A stretch of DNA of 64,000 nucleotides from Sulfolobales archaeon HS-7 (GTDB lineage Archaea; Thermoproteota; Thermoprotei_A; Sulfolobales; Sulfolobaceae). The number at the start of each line of letters is the position of its first letter. Position 1 is the stretch's first letter. The translations under genes were made by a program, and so were the position numbers. Location of the stretch: assembly GCA_019704295.1 (NCBI GenBank), contig AP024596.1:1632001-1696000 (forward strand), in the 5' to 3' direction. Below the pieces are notes generated by a model. The model saw only the letters and a list, made by a program, of their open reading frames with translations, was not told the DNA's origin and ran no database searches. Shown piece after piece: positions 1 to 10,578 of this stretch.

Positions 1-557
1 ACTATAGTACGTGGGAGTTAAGCTAGATTATACTCCTTTTCTGCCTTTCTAAACTTAAAAATACCTAGTTCTACCCTGTACAAACTTCGAACTCATTACA
101 TTTAAAACCTCTTTTTATTTTTCATTTTCTAGAAATAAGGTTACTTATGAATAAACTCAATAAATTTACTTTATATTATCTTTCCCCGTGATTAAGCGAA
201 TTTATTTTTGGAGAAAAGTGTTTTATAACTTTTTAGTTTATTTAGTTATTCTATGGTTACGTATTGTACACTACCCCATAAGAGAAATACAATCCTCCCC
301 TCCCTTTTAGCAACTACTTATGAAACATAGATTCTGGCTAAACGCTAGTGCTTTTAGAGGGTTTATAGCGTTAGACAAAGGATATAGCACTAAATCGTGG
401 TCTAAGAACTTTTCCAAAACACTAGTACTCTTGTTCCGTTTTCTGTTAGCTTAATCCTAATTTTTGGAGACAAGACACACTAATAATGTCTTACTGACAT
501 ACGATTCTCTGACAACGCATTGTAGAAAACATGATTCTCAGGCTAGTCTCTTTTTTT

Positions 558-1355
558 CTATGTCCTTACTAAAATCATGGACACTACTATTAATGCACAC
601 CCTATCAACTGCGTTAAGTTAAGCCTATCACCAAGAATAGGCCACGCTAAAACAATAGTGAATACCGGTTCAAGAGAACTAGCTATTGAGGCTACTAACG
701 GACCAGAGCGCTTCATACCCGCGAAAAACAATAAATAAGCAATCAACGACGATACAAGACCCAGATAAATACCTGCTGCAATTGCGCTAACTGAGAAGTC
801 TGGGTACAACACAGAAAGCGGAGCTGAACTGAGAGATGCCCATAAAAGGGATATTGCAATAATCTCTAAATCCTTAAATCCCTTTTTTTGTAGGGAATTA
901 GAGTGTACAATTAATAACGCATATGTTAATCCAGATAAGAGACCTAGTGCCACCCCCTCAACAGTTATGGCGGGAACGTCCATTACCAAATATGCTCCAA
1001 TCAAGACCATTACCGTAGGTATAATCATTGCTATTCTTTTCGTTTTAGCTAAAAAAAAGATCCAAATGGGCGCAGTATACAGCATTACCGCAGATAGTGA
1101 TGCGCCTATCACCGTTATAGAGTACATGTAAATCTCTTCAAAAATTGTCGTCGTAGCTATACCGAGTAGAATGAGATCTTTAGAGAAAATATTTCTCCTA
1201 TCCTTAAGAATTACAATCCCTACAATGCCTCCCGTTAGACTTCTTATAAACGCCTCTACAAATGGACTGTTAGTTTCCTGAACTACGATCCCTATAGTTC
1301 CCCATAATAAAGATGCTAGGATTAAATAGTGAATACCACTATTTCTATAGTCCAC
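558..1355 (-). CDS. EamA/DMT family transporter
   Basis: 265 aa, about 10 hydrophobic segments in two repeats, with the LEPVFTIVLAWPILGDRL EamA-type C-terminal motif; GTG start. Confidence 0.85.
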   Translation of the reverse strand: MDYRNSGIHYLILASLLWGTIGIVVQETNSPFVEAFIRSLTGGIVGIVILKDRRNIFSKDLILLGIATTTIFEEIYMYSITVIGASLSAVMLYTAPIWIFFLAKTKRIAMIIPTVMVLIGAYLVMDVPAITVEGVALGLLSGLTYALLIVHSNSLQKKGFKDLEIIAISLLWASLSSAPLSVLYPDFSVSAIAAGIYLGLVSSLIAYLLFFAGMKRSGPLVASIASSLEPVFTIVLAWPILGDRLNLTQLIGCALIVVSMILVRT

Positions 1356-1803
1356 TCTCTATGCTGTTTAATGTCAACATAATATCTTTAACTAGCAAAT
1401 ATAGTGAGAGGGCAATTCAGGTTTCTATTGCGAACTGGAATTATGGCAAATGGTAATTAAATATGGGAAATCGTTAAGTGCGAATCCCTACTAGTCCATA
1501 ATATAACATCTAATTAAATTCATCTGATTTTTCTAAATAAACTGAATTCGCAATGACGCGTGAACGGCCCTCCACTAGTATTAACTTGTAAAATATAACA
1601 GATTTTGACTAAACATATCATATCGTCACGCCTCTCGTGTTAACTTAATCCTATATTTCTATACACGGATTACCCTGAAAATGTCTTACGAACGAGATTT
1701 TACGGCGAAACAAGACAGAGATTTCCCTATTTTACACCTCAACATGTTGAATAATAGAAAAAGGTGTAATTAAAAAATCTCAATACTTATGCTCTTTAGT
1801 CGA

Positions 1804-4026
1804 TTATCTCCTACTAAAGATTAGGACTATGGCTACGATCACGAAGATGACGATAACTACGATGACTATTAACAGAGGATTGAAGGAACTTCTTGAAGTC
1901 GTTACAGGTGGTTTAGTGAAGGTAGTCGAGGGAGTGGTCGAAATGGTCTGAGACGGCTGGGTCTGCGATGTACTCTGGGTAGTAGTTTGCGTTGAACTCT
2001 GGGTTTGCTGAGATGTTGTCTGCGTTGAACTCTGGGTGGTAGTTTGCGTTATCTCTCGTGTGAGCGACAATAAGTTAAAGTAAGTTAGGGTTGGATATCC
2101 TACTAGTGAGGCAGAAGACGTCACTACAAGACATCCAGTTTGAGGGTTTATCGTCCACGCCTCTGGAGTTCCCTTTATCGTGATGGTGGAGACGAAGTAA
2201 GATCCGTAGGGGTAAAAGACCTTTATCTTACCGTTACCATTTACGCCTCCTATTAGGTAAATTAGCTTATTCACGGGGTTGTACAGGAGCATGATGGGGG
2301 TGAAACCCAGAGATACGTTGTACACTATCGTGTCGGTATTAGGGTTAATCGCGTAAAAACACGAGGGATTTTCTGTCGTCACGTAAATATAGCTCGTGTT
2401 GGGATCGTAAACTACATTCACAGGATAAAGGGCCTTAACGCTGATGTTACCAATCTTGTCTCCGTTTCTTGCGTTTATTACGCAAATTTGCGTAGTTGCC
2501 AAGTATAAATTGCCGTTGTTAGGATCGTAAGCCATTTCCGAGGGAGAAGTAGTCGTGTTTACATCGTAGATCACTGAGTTCGTGGTAGTGTTTATCCCCA
2601 CTACTCCAGAGGAGGTGCTCACTACTACCTCGTTCAGGGAGGGAATGTAGTCCACGCACTGAGAGTTAGCGTCGCTGGGGGAATAGGAGATGTTGGTAAC
2701 TACTGAGTCGGTTATGGGATTAAATACTACTATCTCGTTGTAGTAAAGTCCTATGTAGAGGTAGCCGTTCTCGGGATCACATGCTATTGACGTTACGTGA
2801 CCGTTAAAGGGCCCGATAAGTTTTACAATCCTCATGGGGGATAGCTGCTCCTCAAAGAGGTAGTTAGAATAAGGCATCCCTAAGTATAACATGGAATTCC
2901 TTATATCGAATACCACGGAGTCGGGGGTTACGGGATAGGGGTTCGCGAAACCGATTATGCTGTTAGTTACGGGGTTAACCTCAGCGATCAAGAAGAGGTT
3001 CTCGGCGTCAAGGAAAACTAGATTGGCTTGCGGATCGTAAGCCATACTGCTGGAAACAGTGGGAAGCACAGGAATTTTCGCTATTACACTCGTGGTATTT
3101 GCGTTTATCACCCAAGTGCCGTTATTCGTACGAGCGTATATTTCTCCATTAGGCAATGCCATCGCTAGTTCAGTGATGGGAACTTGCAAGTTAGTGGGAG
3201 TTACAGCCCCCGTTAAAGCGTTAACCACATCCACAGTGCAGTTCCCGTAAGTGTGATTCCCCAAGAAAACGTAAAGGTTATCCTTATAATACGTCATTGC
3301 AAATCCGGGTGAAGTATTGGCGACTAAGGTCAAGTTTAGATCGGATGGATTTACGGAGTAAATTTGTCCTAAAGTTTCATTCCGATCCATGAATACGAAC
3401 AGCTTATTTATGTAATTATCGTAAACTATGGAAGTTAGATAAGTGTGGAACCCAGAGGATGATATGTTCTCCATCGTGATTGAGTAATTGTTAGTATTTA
3501 CAGCAACTATCGCATTCGGAAAACCGACGAGAGATTTCTTCGCGAGAAAGTAAATTTCACCGTTTGAGGTGTCTGCAACTGCCCTAGATAATTGATAACC
3601 AAGTTTGAGATTGCTTAGCGAGTTTACTGCCTTTATTACCTTAGTACCGTTAAAGATGCAGAACGTAAAGGAAGTTTGGACGTAAAGTAGCGAATCCTGC
3701 TCATCGAAGAAAATGTATTTTATTGAAGCGTTTGTACTAATGAAATAGTTCGAATCGTTATTGAGATAAGTTATGGTAAAACCTTGCGAACCGTATCGAT
3801 AGGTTATAATTGCGTTAAGAACGGGGTCGTAAAGGATACTTGAGTATAAGAAGTTGAAACTCTGTTGACAGAACTCAGTTAACTTGTAGGAGACTAAATT
3901 ACTGTTATAAGTTGAATTCGTACTATTTTGGGCAACAGCGTAAACCGGTGTAATAGAAAGCACTATGAAAGTAATGGCAAGAAGGGCTTTAACCAAATTA
4001 TTACACTCTATTTTCTCCATTTTCAT
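1804..4026 (-). CDS. Membrane-anchored YncE/YVTN-like beta-propeller surface glycoprotein
   Basis: N-terminal signal peptide, repeated (M/V)AYDPxNxxLY blades, many N-x-S/T sequons, a Thr/Ser/Gln-rich stalk, and a C-terminal TM helix followed by RR. Confidence 0.85.
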   Translation of the reverse strand: MKMEKIECNNLVKALLAITFIVLSITPVYAVAQNSTNSTYNSNLVSYKLTEFCQQSFNFLYSSILYDPVLNAIITYRYGSQGFTITYLNNDSNYFISTNASIKYIFFDEQDSLLYVQTSFTFCIFNGTKVIKAVNSLSNLKLGYQLSRAVADTSNGEIYFLAKKSLVGFPNAIVAVNTNNYSITMENISSSGFHTYLTSIVYDNYINKLFVFMDRNETLGQIYSVNPSDLNLTLVANTSPGFAMTYYKDNLYVFLGNHTYGNCTVDVVNALTGAVTPTNLQVPITELAMALPNGEIYARTNNGTWVINANTTSVIAKIPVLPTVSSSMAYDPQANLVFLDAENLFLIAEVNPVTNSIIGFANPYPVTPDSVVFDIRNSMLYLGMPYSNYLFEEQLSPMRIVKLIGPFNGHVTSIACDPENGYLYIGLYYNEIVVFNPITDSVVTNISYSPSDANSQCVDYIPSLNEVVVSTSSGVVGINTTTNSVIYDVNTTTSPSEMAYDPNNGNLYLATTQICVINARNGDKIGNISVKALYPVNVVYDPNTSYIYVTTENPSCFYAINPNTDTIVYNVSLGFTPIMLLYNPVNKLIYLIGGVNGNGKIKVFYPYGSYFVSTITIKGTPEAWTINPQTGCLVVTSSASLVGYPTLTYFNLLSLTREITQTTTQSSTQTTSQQTQSSTQTTTQSTSQTQPSQTISTTPSTTFTKPPVTTSRSSFNPLLIVIVVIVIFVIVAIVLIFSRR
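1965..2050 (-). repeat. Coding low-complexity repeat (QTTTQSST-type stalk)
   Basis: tgcgttgaactctgggt occurs at about 1988-2004 and 2021-2037; encodes a T/S/Q linker. Confidence 0.75.
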
Positions 4027-4169
4027 AAGAGAAACACGAGGTACTTAGATATAAAGTTTGTCAAATTTCTGAGTCTGAGACAAATTAATTTAATGGGTTC
4101 CAAATTTACATATGATTTCAGGATTTTTAATCTAATGCTTTAGACCACAGTATGTCGTGAATTACGACC

Positions 4170-5000
4170 TTTGTTAGGAACGTCAAGTGGATCCTCTCTT
4201 ATCGACCCTGTTTATGATACGCCCTGTCCTCCTTAAAGGAGATCGGGGACTCTGTTCTCAGGCTTGACTCCTTTATTCCAATGGGCTAATGAACCTCAAT
4301 GTCATCTCGACATCTTCCCTCCATCGATCGTTAAGTTAGATTTAGGTTAAATAGACCTCGGAATTATAGAAGTCGTCAAGTGCAGACTTGCCGTAGTACT
4401 TGTCAACCCTCAAGGAGTCAACTTGCACGGTAAAATCCCTCAGAAACTAGAGGGCCTCGTAAGCCTCTCGCTCTTGAGCGAGTAACTAAGCGATTAAGTT
4501 ACTGCCTAGGTAATGAAGAGTACGCGAAGTGCTTTCCTTTTTTTCACCTCTTTCCCGGACTTCTCACCTTCTTCCAGTAATGCTCACTAGGGAATAGCCT
4601 GTCCATTGACGAAGTCCACTACGCTCTTTGAGAGCATGTTGTAAAGCACAAGGAAAAACATTAAACAAGTCTCTCTACCGTCTTGTAGCTTATCTCCTGC
4701 TTTGTTAGTCACGCTAGTCCTGTGCTTCCCTGTTGGCCTAGGTATTGATTATTGGTACGCCCTGGGGGTTAACTTGCTCTTCCTCCCTTGTTTTCCCATG
4801 TTTACATGAACTTCCCCTCATTGTGTGACGCCCTAACTCTTTACCGAGGCTTAACCTAGTTAACCTCTTCCCTTTCCTCAATCTCCACCTTACCTACCCT
4901 ACTCTCCTTTTGCGGTGATCAAGTCCTCTATTGACTCCTTGAAGTCCTCGAAGTCCTTCTGAGTCAACTTCTTGTTTACGTGTTCGAAATGGGAAGTAAG
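4170..5000 (-). pseudogene. Heavily decayed DDE transposase (ISNCY/IS5-like) remnant
   Basis: Broken minus-strand frames give GRKSKLTP, ISYKTVERL, LVLYNML, (T)GYSL, HFAYSSL and VDSLRVDKYYGKSALDDFYNSEVYL, matching archaeal IS transposase motifs as recalled; many stops and frameshifts. Confidence 0.6.
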
Positions 5001-5028
5001 GATTACTTAGAGTTTTTGCTACAGAGTC

Positions 5029-5088
5029 ATAAGGGGGCTATCCATCCCCTTACGGAATGGGACTTTCGTCCCCTTAACCTCCATAAAG
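5029..5088 (-). mobile_element. Solo left end of an IS200/IS605 element
   Basis: Closely matches 28828-28883 (ataagggggctat...gggactttcg.ccccttaacc.ccataaag) and is bordered by the same TTTAA target motif (ttaaa at 5089-5093). Confidence 0.8.
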
Positions 5089-5198
5089 TTAAATAGAGTA
5101 ATACCCCACACATTTAATATACTGTATTATAAAAACTTATAATTTAAATCAAACTAAACGTAAGTTATGAATAGTCGCCAGGACAAAATACATTCACT

Positions 5199-6239
5199 TT
5201 ATATTAACAAAGTCGAAAACTGGTTAGTAAGTATTGTAAGCGTCTCTGTACCTTCGTAAGCGGTTGGTACGCCATTTACTAGTGTATCGTGAACGTTATA
5301 CGAACTCTCCCCTGTATCAGAGCCAAAGGTGTAAAGTGAAGGCATTGGCGTTACCTTTCCAGTAGAATTAAGGTAATATAGCCCCAATGTGTCATTTAGA
5401 TATACGAATTGAGTCGGAGCCCCATTACCGCCACCACCCCACACGAGTTCCGCATCGTAGTAAAGACCGTCTGGTGTGTATGTATTGCCGTTAACCACTA
5501 TATCTGCTGACTTTACATCAGCCTGGGTAATAGTTACCTCATCGTAGTATTGGACCTGTCCTGTAGACTTAGTATTGCCATTCTGTAAAAGCTCGTACCC
5601 AAACCATATGTGTAAAGACGTAGCGGTATAAGACACGTTAATTACGTAGACGTAGACGAAGGGGAAGGTATATGTATAAGAAGGGCCTACATCGTAATAA
5701 AACGTAGTTCCTGAACCCGCAGATGCTACCTTTCCATTACCAGACACAGCAGAAGATGAAAGTACTGACGGATTACCAGTTAAGTTCCATATGTTATCTA
5801 TGAAGGTTAGCTGATCTTTATTTGTCTGAAAACTTCCCACGTCTTGTAACCAATAAGCAAAAGTTCCTGACGACGTGTTCACCTGTAAAACCACGTTCAT
5901 TTGAAGAGTTGCTGAGTACAGATTTACTCCGTATCTTCTAGCCTGCTTATAATAGGCTAGCAAATTGCTTATATTCGTATATCCGATAACTTCATTAGTG
6001 CTTATAATATAAGGCGTGATTTTTCCTGAATAATTAAATAAACCGAATGAGGCTATTCCTCCCGGTGCTGGGGGAGAGGAGTAGTAAAGATAGGGATTAA
6101 CATACTGAGTTACAGTGTGATGTTTTCCGTGAACGGGAGGAAACATTACAACAACTTGCGTTGAAGTTAATGAAAAAAAGTAAACTGGAGTTATGGCCAT
6201 TATGGCCAACATTATTAAACCTGATATCCTCATTGCCAT
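5199..6239 (-). CDS. Thermopsin-family (A5) secreted acid protease
   Basis: Signal peptide; YWLQDV, FIDNIWN, DAELVWGGGGNG and GSDTGE thermopsin motifs. Confidence 0.9.
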   Translation of the reverse strand: MAMRISGLIMLAIMAITPVYFFSLTSTQVVVMFPPVHGKHHTVTQYVNPYLYYSSPPAPGGIASFGLFNYSGKITPYIISTNEVIGYTNISNLLAYYKQARRYGVNLYSATLQMNVVLQVNTSSGTFAYWLQDVGSFQTNKDQLTFIDNIWNLTGNPSVLSSSAVSGNGKVASAGSGTTFYYDVGPSYTYTFPFVYVYVINVSYTATSLHIWFGYELLQNGNTKSTGQVQYYDEVTITQADVKSADIVVNGNTYTPDGLYYDAELVWGGGGNGAPTQFVYLNDTLGLYYLNSTGKVTPMPSLYTFGSDTGESSYNVHDTLVNGVPTAYEGTETLTILTNQFSTLLI

Positions 6240-6521
6240 TTCGTGCCTTTTTTACTATAAAAAATTTTCTATATCTAGCCTGGCCTATCTAGGAAACTTT
6301 ATCAATTTTCATAGATTGCCTCGGCATTTGTAGATACATTTCATCTTAACCGGGTTAAGGAGCGGAAGACCTGTAAGGTTAGTCCTCATTAGAAATGGAA
6401 AGCGCCTTTTTGAATTAGACGTAACTAACAGGTATTTAAATGATCTTGCTGGAATTGAAAATCTTCAATTACTTTCCGTTTATCTTCTAAAACCTTTTGC
6501 AACTCAGGAAAGGGGTGACGG

Positions 6522-7079
6522 CTATCGAAATTCCCTTACCGAAAGAGTTTTCTTAACCTCTCGTAAAGTAGGACACTTAGAGTCCTTTTCACTAACTATT
6601 GCATCATTAATAGGCCACTTAATATTAATCTCCTCATCTCTCCAATTTACACACGCCTCATCTGAAGGCGAGTACTCGTTATGAGTAACCATATATATTA
6701 CATAACTATCCTCTAGTGCTTGGAAGCCGTGGGCTAAACCTGGAGGAATATAGAACAATTTTCCATCTCCTTCGCTCAACTCGATTGAAGCGTATTTACC
6801 GAAATTGTCATCGGATGATAATCCCACTGCGACGTCAAAAATACGACCTTTTACTACCATTATCGTTTTCCCTTGAGCTTTACTCCCTCTTTGAAAATGA
6901 AGACCCCTTATTACCCCTCTCTTCGAAAAGCTCATATTAATCTGGACTGGAGGTTCTATTCCGTAATTTACTAATTCTCTACTCTTATATACCTCCTCAA
7001 AGTAACCGCGTATATCGGGGTAGATCGTCGAGTAGATTACCTTAGTTCCAAGAAGGTGATTCTCTACTTTGAAAGGCAT
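6522..7079 (-). CDS. rfbC: dTDP-4-dehydrorhamnose 3,5-epimerase
   Basis: DxRGYF, SxRGVIRGLHFQ, DVAV, AHGFQAL and WxD..I.WP motifs. Confidence 0.95.
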   Translation of the reverse strand: MPFKVENHLLGTKVIYSTIYPDIRGYFEEVYKSRELVNYGIEPPVQINMSFSKRGVIRGLHFQRGSKAQGKTIMVVKGRIFDVAVGLSSDDNFGKYASIELSEGDGKLFYIPPGLAHGFQALEDSYVIYMVTHNEYSPSDEACVNWRDEEINIKWPINDAIVSEKDSKCPTLREVKKTLSVREFR

Positions 7080-7090
7080 TTCACAAGACC

Positions 7091-8026
7091 CTAAATTTCC
7101 TGGAATCCCCTTATAGGTCTAACTCCTCTGACTTCTAAGAGGTACAATTTACTCTCCTCAATTGCCCACTCCAGGTTTACGGGCTTATTGAAGATCTTCT
7201 CTACCTCTAGCGACATCTCCGCAACGGAAAGAACTTGATTATGGGAAAGGCTAGGTTCCATTGATTTAGGATTCGGTACTCTCACAACTTTCTTACTTTC
7301 GAAATCGAGTTTAACCGCCATTCTCTTTTCAGATATGCGCGACACCACACTTTTAGTATATTTGCTAACTTCATACTGATCTGGTGTAACCAATCCTTCT
7401 GTAATCGCCTCGCCCATTCCGTGGGAACTCTCTATCAGAATTATTGACTCGTCCAAGGTGATCGGATGTTTTGTAAAGGAAGTTCCTGCGCTATCCGCGT
7501 TAACCATTTTCTGAATTAAGAGGGAAATAGGTTCGCTTCTACCGACACCTATTCTGTACGCAATTGCGCGCGGACTAAAGTAACTAGCAATAGAACGCTT
7601 AATTGCCTGAATTAATTCTCCCTCTGATACGAAGAGCATTGTCTGATATTCACCAGCGAAGCTTTCTCCACCCATCGGATATGATACGGTCGGTCTAACA
7701 GCTACGTAATTCAGGCCCATCTTTTTGTAAGTATCGAGTATCTCCGTTTGAATTTTTTCAGGGAACTCTAAGGACATTAACTTCTGATTTATTAAAAATG
7801 TCCGTCTCTCTAAGTCTCCCTGATCGTTTAAATTCACTCCTGAGAGTATATCCTCGATTTCTTGACTTAATGGTTTTATGATTTCCCTGAATGCCTCCGT
7901 AGTTACCACGAATCCGTCGGGAACAGTTAAGCCCACGTTTATCATTTCACCAAGGTATGCGCTTTTTCTCCCGACAAGGGAGATCATGTTTACTCCACAT
8001 TCCTTTAAGGGTACGATATAACTCAT
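7091..8026 (-). CDS. Stand-alone PEP synthase/PPDK N-terminal (ATP-grasp) domain protein
   Basis: VGxKxAxLGEM, VPDGFVVT, SFAGEY, G.GEAI..G..TPD and EWA motifs; no His-swivel or PEP-binding domain. Confidence 0.85.
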   Translation of the reverse strand: MSYIVPLKECGVNMISLVGRKSAYLGEMINVGLTVPDGFVVTTEAFREIIKPLSQEIEDILSGVNLNDQGDLERRTFLINQKLMSLEFPEKIQTEILDTYKKMGLNYVAVRPTVSYPMGGESFAGEYQTMLFVSEGELIQAIKRSIASYFSPRAIAYRIGVGRSEPISLLIQKMVNADSAGTSFTKHPITLDESIILIESSHGMGEAITEGLVTPDQYEVSKYTKSVVSRISEKRMAVKLDFESKKVVRVPNPKSMEPSLSHNQVLSVAEMSLEVEKIFNKPVNLEWAIEESKLYLLEVRGVRPIRGFQEI

Positions 8027-8280
8027 ATAATAATCTCCACTCGTAAGTAATTATGTATTTCCTATTTCACAACTTATCGAAATTTTTATCACTCTTAGAT
8101 AGCCGAAACACTCCGGGTCCTTAGCGAATTCAGTTTTCTTAAAGGATAGAGACGAATTTAATTGAATATTATTGCATCCGTAGGGGGTTTTTAGACTCGG
8201 TGGTTTACTTTATTATACTATCTTTTTTACGAATTGTAATTCGTAAAAGAACCCTGAATCATCCTACCCTTGAACTACTT

Positions 8281-9219
8281 CTACGGAACGGTAACACCAA
8301 AGAACCTAATCAGCAAACCTAAACCGTGTGTCAGTAAAGCAGCTCCTATGGCTAAAGACATCATTAAAATACCTTTCTTCGTGGGGTTCGCTCCACTTAA
8401 GAGTCCTATCATAAATCCAACGGAAAAAGTGACAATTGCTGTGAGCATATATGACGCGAGGAGTCCGAGGAGGCCTAAGAGTCCGATAGCAAAAGGAATT
8501 ATAGGTACTAACGCTCCTAAAATGTAAGAGACCGCAGTTATTTTAACGCTCTGGTTAACAGTGGAGACTTTGGTGTTCTCCTTGCCTACAAGCATTAGCT
8601 TTCGCATCGCGTTCTTCTTTATATCTTCCTCTGACTTAGCCGATAGGTAGTCCCCGATACTCATAGAGATCATCCCAGATATTCCCACAATAGTACCCCC
8701 AAGTGCGACCAGAAAAGGAGATAATATTATGCCAGAAAGACCGGAAACAGCAGCCAGAACCTCTATAAGGCCATCGCTCACCGCATATACCGCGTCCTTT
8801 ACGTTATCTTCATTTATTTGAGAATTGATCATTAGTTCTTCATGACTTAATTCGTCGTTCATTATCTTCCTTAACTGCTCTCTCTCCTCCACATCGAAAT
8901 CTTCCCTCTGAGATAACTCCTTGTATTTTTCCGCGTCGTCTATCTCTCCGTACTCAGCAAGCTTTAACGTGAGAACTAAACCTAATATTCGCCTCAATAC
9001 CTTAAATAGCACTAGCCTTCTCCTGTTTACTTTTTCCTCGAGATAAATTCCCCTCTTCTGTGCGACCTGTCTCCAGAAATCAGCGTGCGTACCCTCTCCT
9101 TTAGATAGAGTTTCAAGAACCTCTTTGACCTTAACATTCTTCTCCATTTTCGCTAATTCCTTATACAGTTCGCGATCGAAAAGCTCGTCACTGTAATTAT
9201 CCCTAATGAGATTATCCAT
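8281..9219 (-). CDS. Rubrerythrin-like/VIT1-CCC1 fusion (MbfA-like iron transporter)
   Basis: N-terminal ExxH di-iron motifs (EGTH, ELSH) followed by VIT1 motifs YAVSDGL and SMSIGDYLS. Confidence 0.85.
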   Translation of the reverse strand: MDNLIRDNYSDELFDRELYKELAKMEKNVKVKEVLETLSKGEGTHADFWRQVAQKRGIYLEEKVNRRRLVLFKVLRRILGLVLTLKLAEYGEIDDAEKYKELSQREDFDVEEREQLRKIMNDELSHEELMINSQINEDNVKDAVYAVSDGLIEVLAAVSGLSGIILSPFLVALGGTIVGISGMISMSIGDYLSAKSEEDIKKNAMRKLMLVGKENTKVSTVNQSVKITAVSYILGALVPIIPFAIGLLGLLGLLASYMLTAIVTFSVGFMIGLLSGANPTKKGILMMSLAIGAALLTHGLGLLIRFFGVTVP

Positions 9220-9299
9220 AGGGATTATTTGTAGTTACTACTATTTAAGAGTTACTATATAATAGACCAATGAAAAAAGGTCTAAAAAAGTTCACTTTT

Positions 9300-9956
9300 T
9301 TAAAAAATCAACTGGGGGGGAACCCATTTTGCAAAAGCTAGAGTATGTTCGAACGACGCTTCAACTCCGATTAAGAACGATAGCACTACTGCGATTACAA
9401 GCAATGCGATAGTTAGCGCGGCTAACCCCTTCCCAACTACGGTGTTCGTAAAGGCTAATGGCGAGAGGAATAAAGCTAACGCTATTGCCATGTAAAGCCC
9501 GAATGCGGCAAGAGGTTCTGCAGTTAATCCGTGAATCAACATATCTATCCCGTAAACGGCGACAGGAATTCCGAGGAATGCGAAAGGTATTGTCACGTAT
9601 TGTAGCTTCCAACCTAAAAACAGTGCAACACCTAGCATAAGGGATGCTATTCCAAACAGGGGCCACATATCAGAGAACATTAAGTTGTAAGAGCTGGGTA
9701 AAGGCCAAGTAATAGATGCCCATATACCTGTGGCCATAGAGTAAATGCCTGCAAATATGAGATACGCTCCCAGTGATCTATTAAGATCCGAGATGTTATA
9801 AACGGACGTACTGGATACAGAACTCTGTAGAGAACCTTTTCTCATAGACATTCTCTTGGGAGATAATGCGTTCGTGTAGACCACGATTGCTGACATCGCT
9901 AACGACGTACCTAATACGTATAACCATATGTCCATCTGATCTATGAATAGGGACAT
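9300..9956 (-). CDS. DUF981-family membrane protein
   Basis: MxLFID start and TWPLPSSYNLMFxD motif; 6 TM helices. Confidence 0.8.
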   Translation of the reverse strand: MSLFIDQMDIWLYVLGTSLAMSAIVVYTNALSPKRMSMRKGSLQSSVSSTSVYNISDLNRSLGAYLIFAGIYSMATGIWASITWPLPSSYNLMFSDMWPLFGIASLMLGVALFLGWKLQYVTIPFAFLGIPVAVYGIDMLIHGLTAEPLAAFGLYMAIALALFLSPLAFTNTVVGKGLAALTIALLVIAVVLSFLIGVEASFEHTLAFAKWVPPQLIF

Positions 9957-10578
9957 GAAATCACCAGATATATTATCGATAATTATAATTATTAATTCGT
10001 AGTGTACTGGTAAACATTGATATGCATTAAAGTAATTTAACCACTAAAGAGGGGAATTACCTGGATTACAGTGCTCTCTTAATATTGTGAAATAAATAAT
10101 GAATATTATAATAAGCCAGATAATCATAATATTCTACTAACGAACAGTCGGAAGATAAGCGAGACTTTAGCTTCACAAAAAATAAAAAAGATACATTCGT
10201 ACGTTATTTCATACGTTTGCATATCTCCTAACACTGAAACTAAGAGTGTTGTATCTATTAAAACACCTTTTTAACTTTTACTTAATCAACGTTAACAACT
10301 ATTTGAAGAGTTATTAGAATTGAAGAGCTTCTATCTTAGTACTGTAAAGTCTCCTGAAGTTCAGGAAAGTGCTGTACTCGTTTCCTGAATTTTTACGAAA
10401 GTCCATTTTAACGTGGATATCGCTTTACGACATTTTCGCAAGAATTGATATATTTAAGAAGAAATTGAAAACTACGTAAGTATCGTTCTAGTTAGTACCA
10501 ACATTATCTTCGCGAATCCTGGAAACTCTGACTTACCTATCGAAAGGCAGGTGCGTCAGAAGGCAATGTGTATAGAAC

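Noticed and set aside
6350-6390. cgggttaaggagcggaagacc resembling an IS605 left end
   Set aside because: Too short and degenerate; the hairpin is missing
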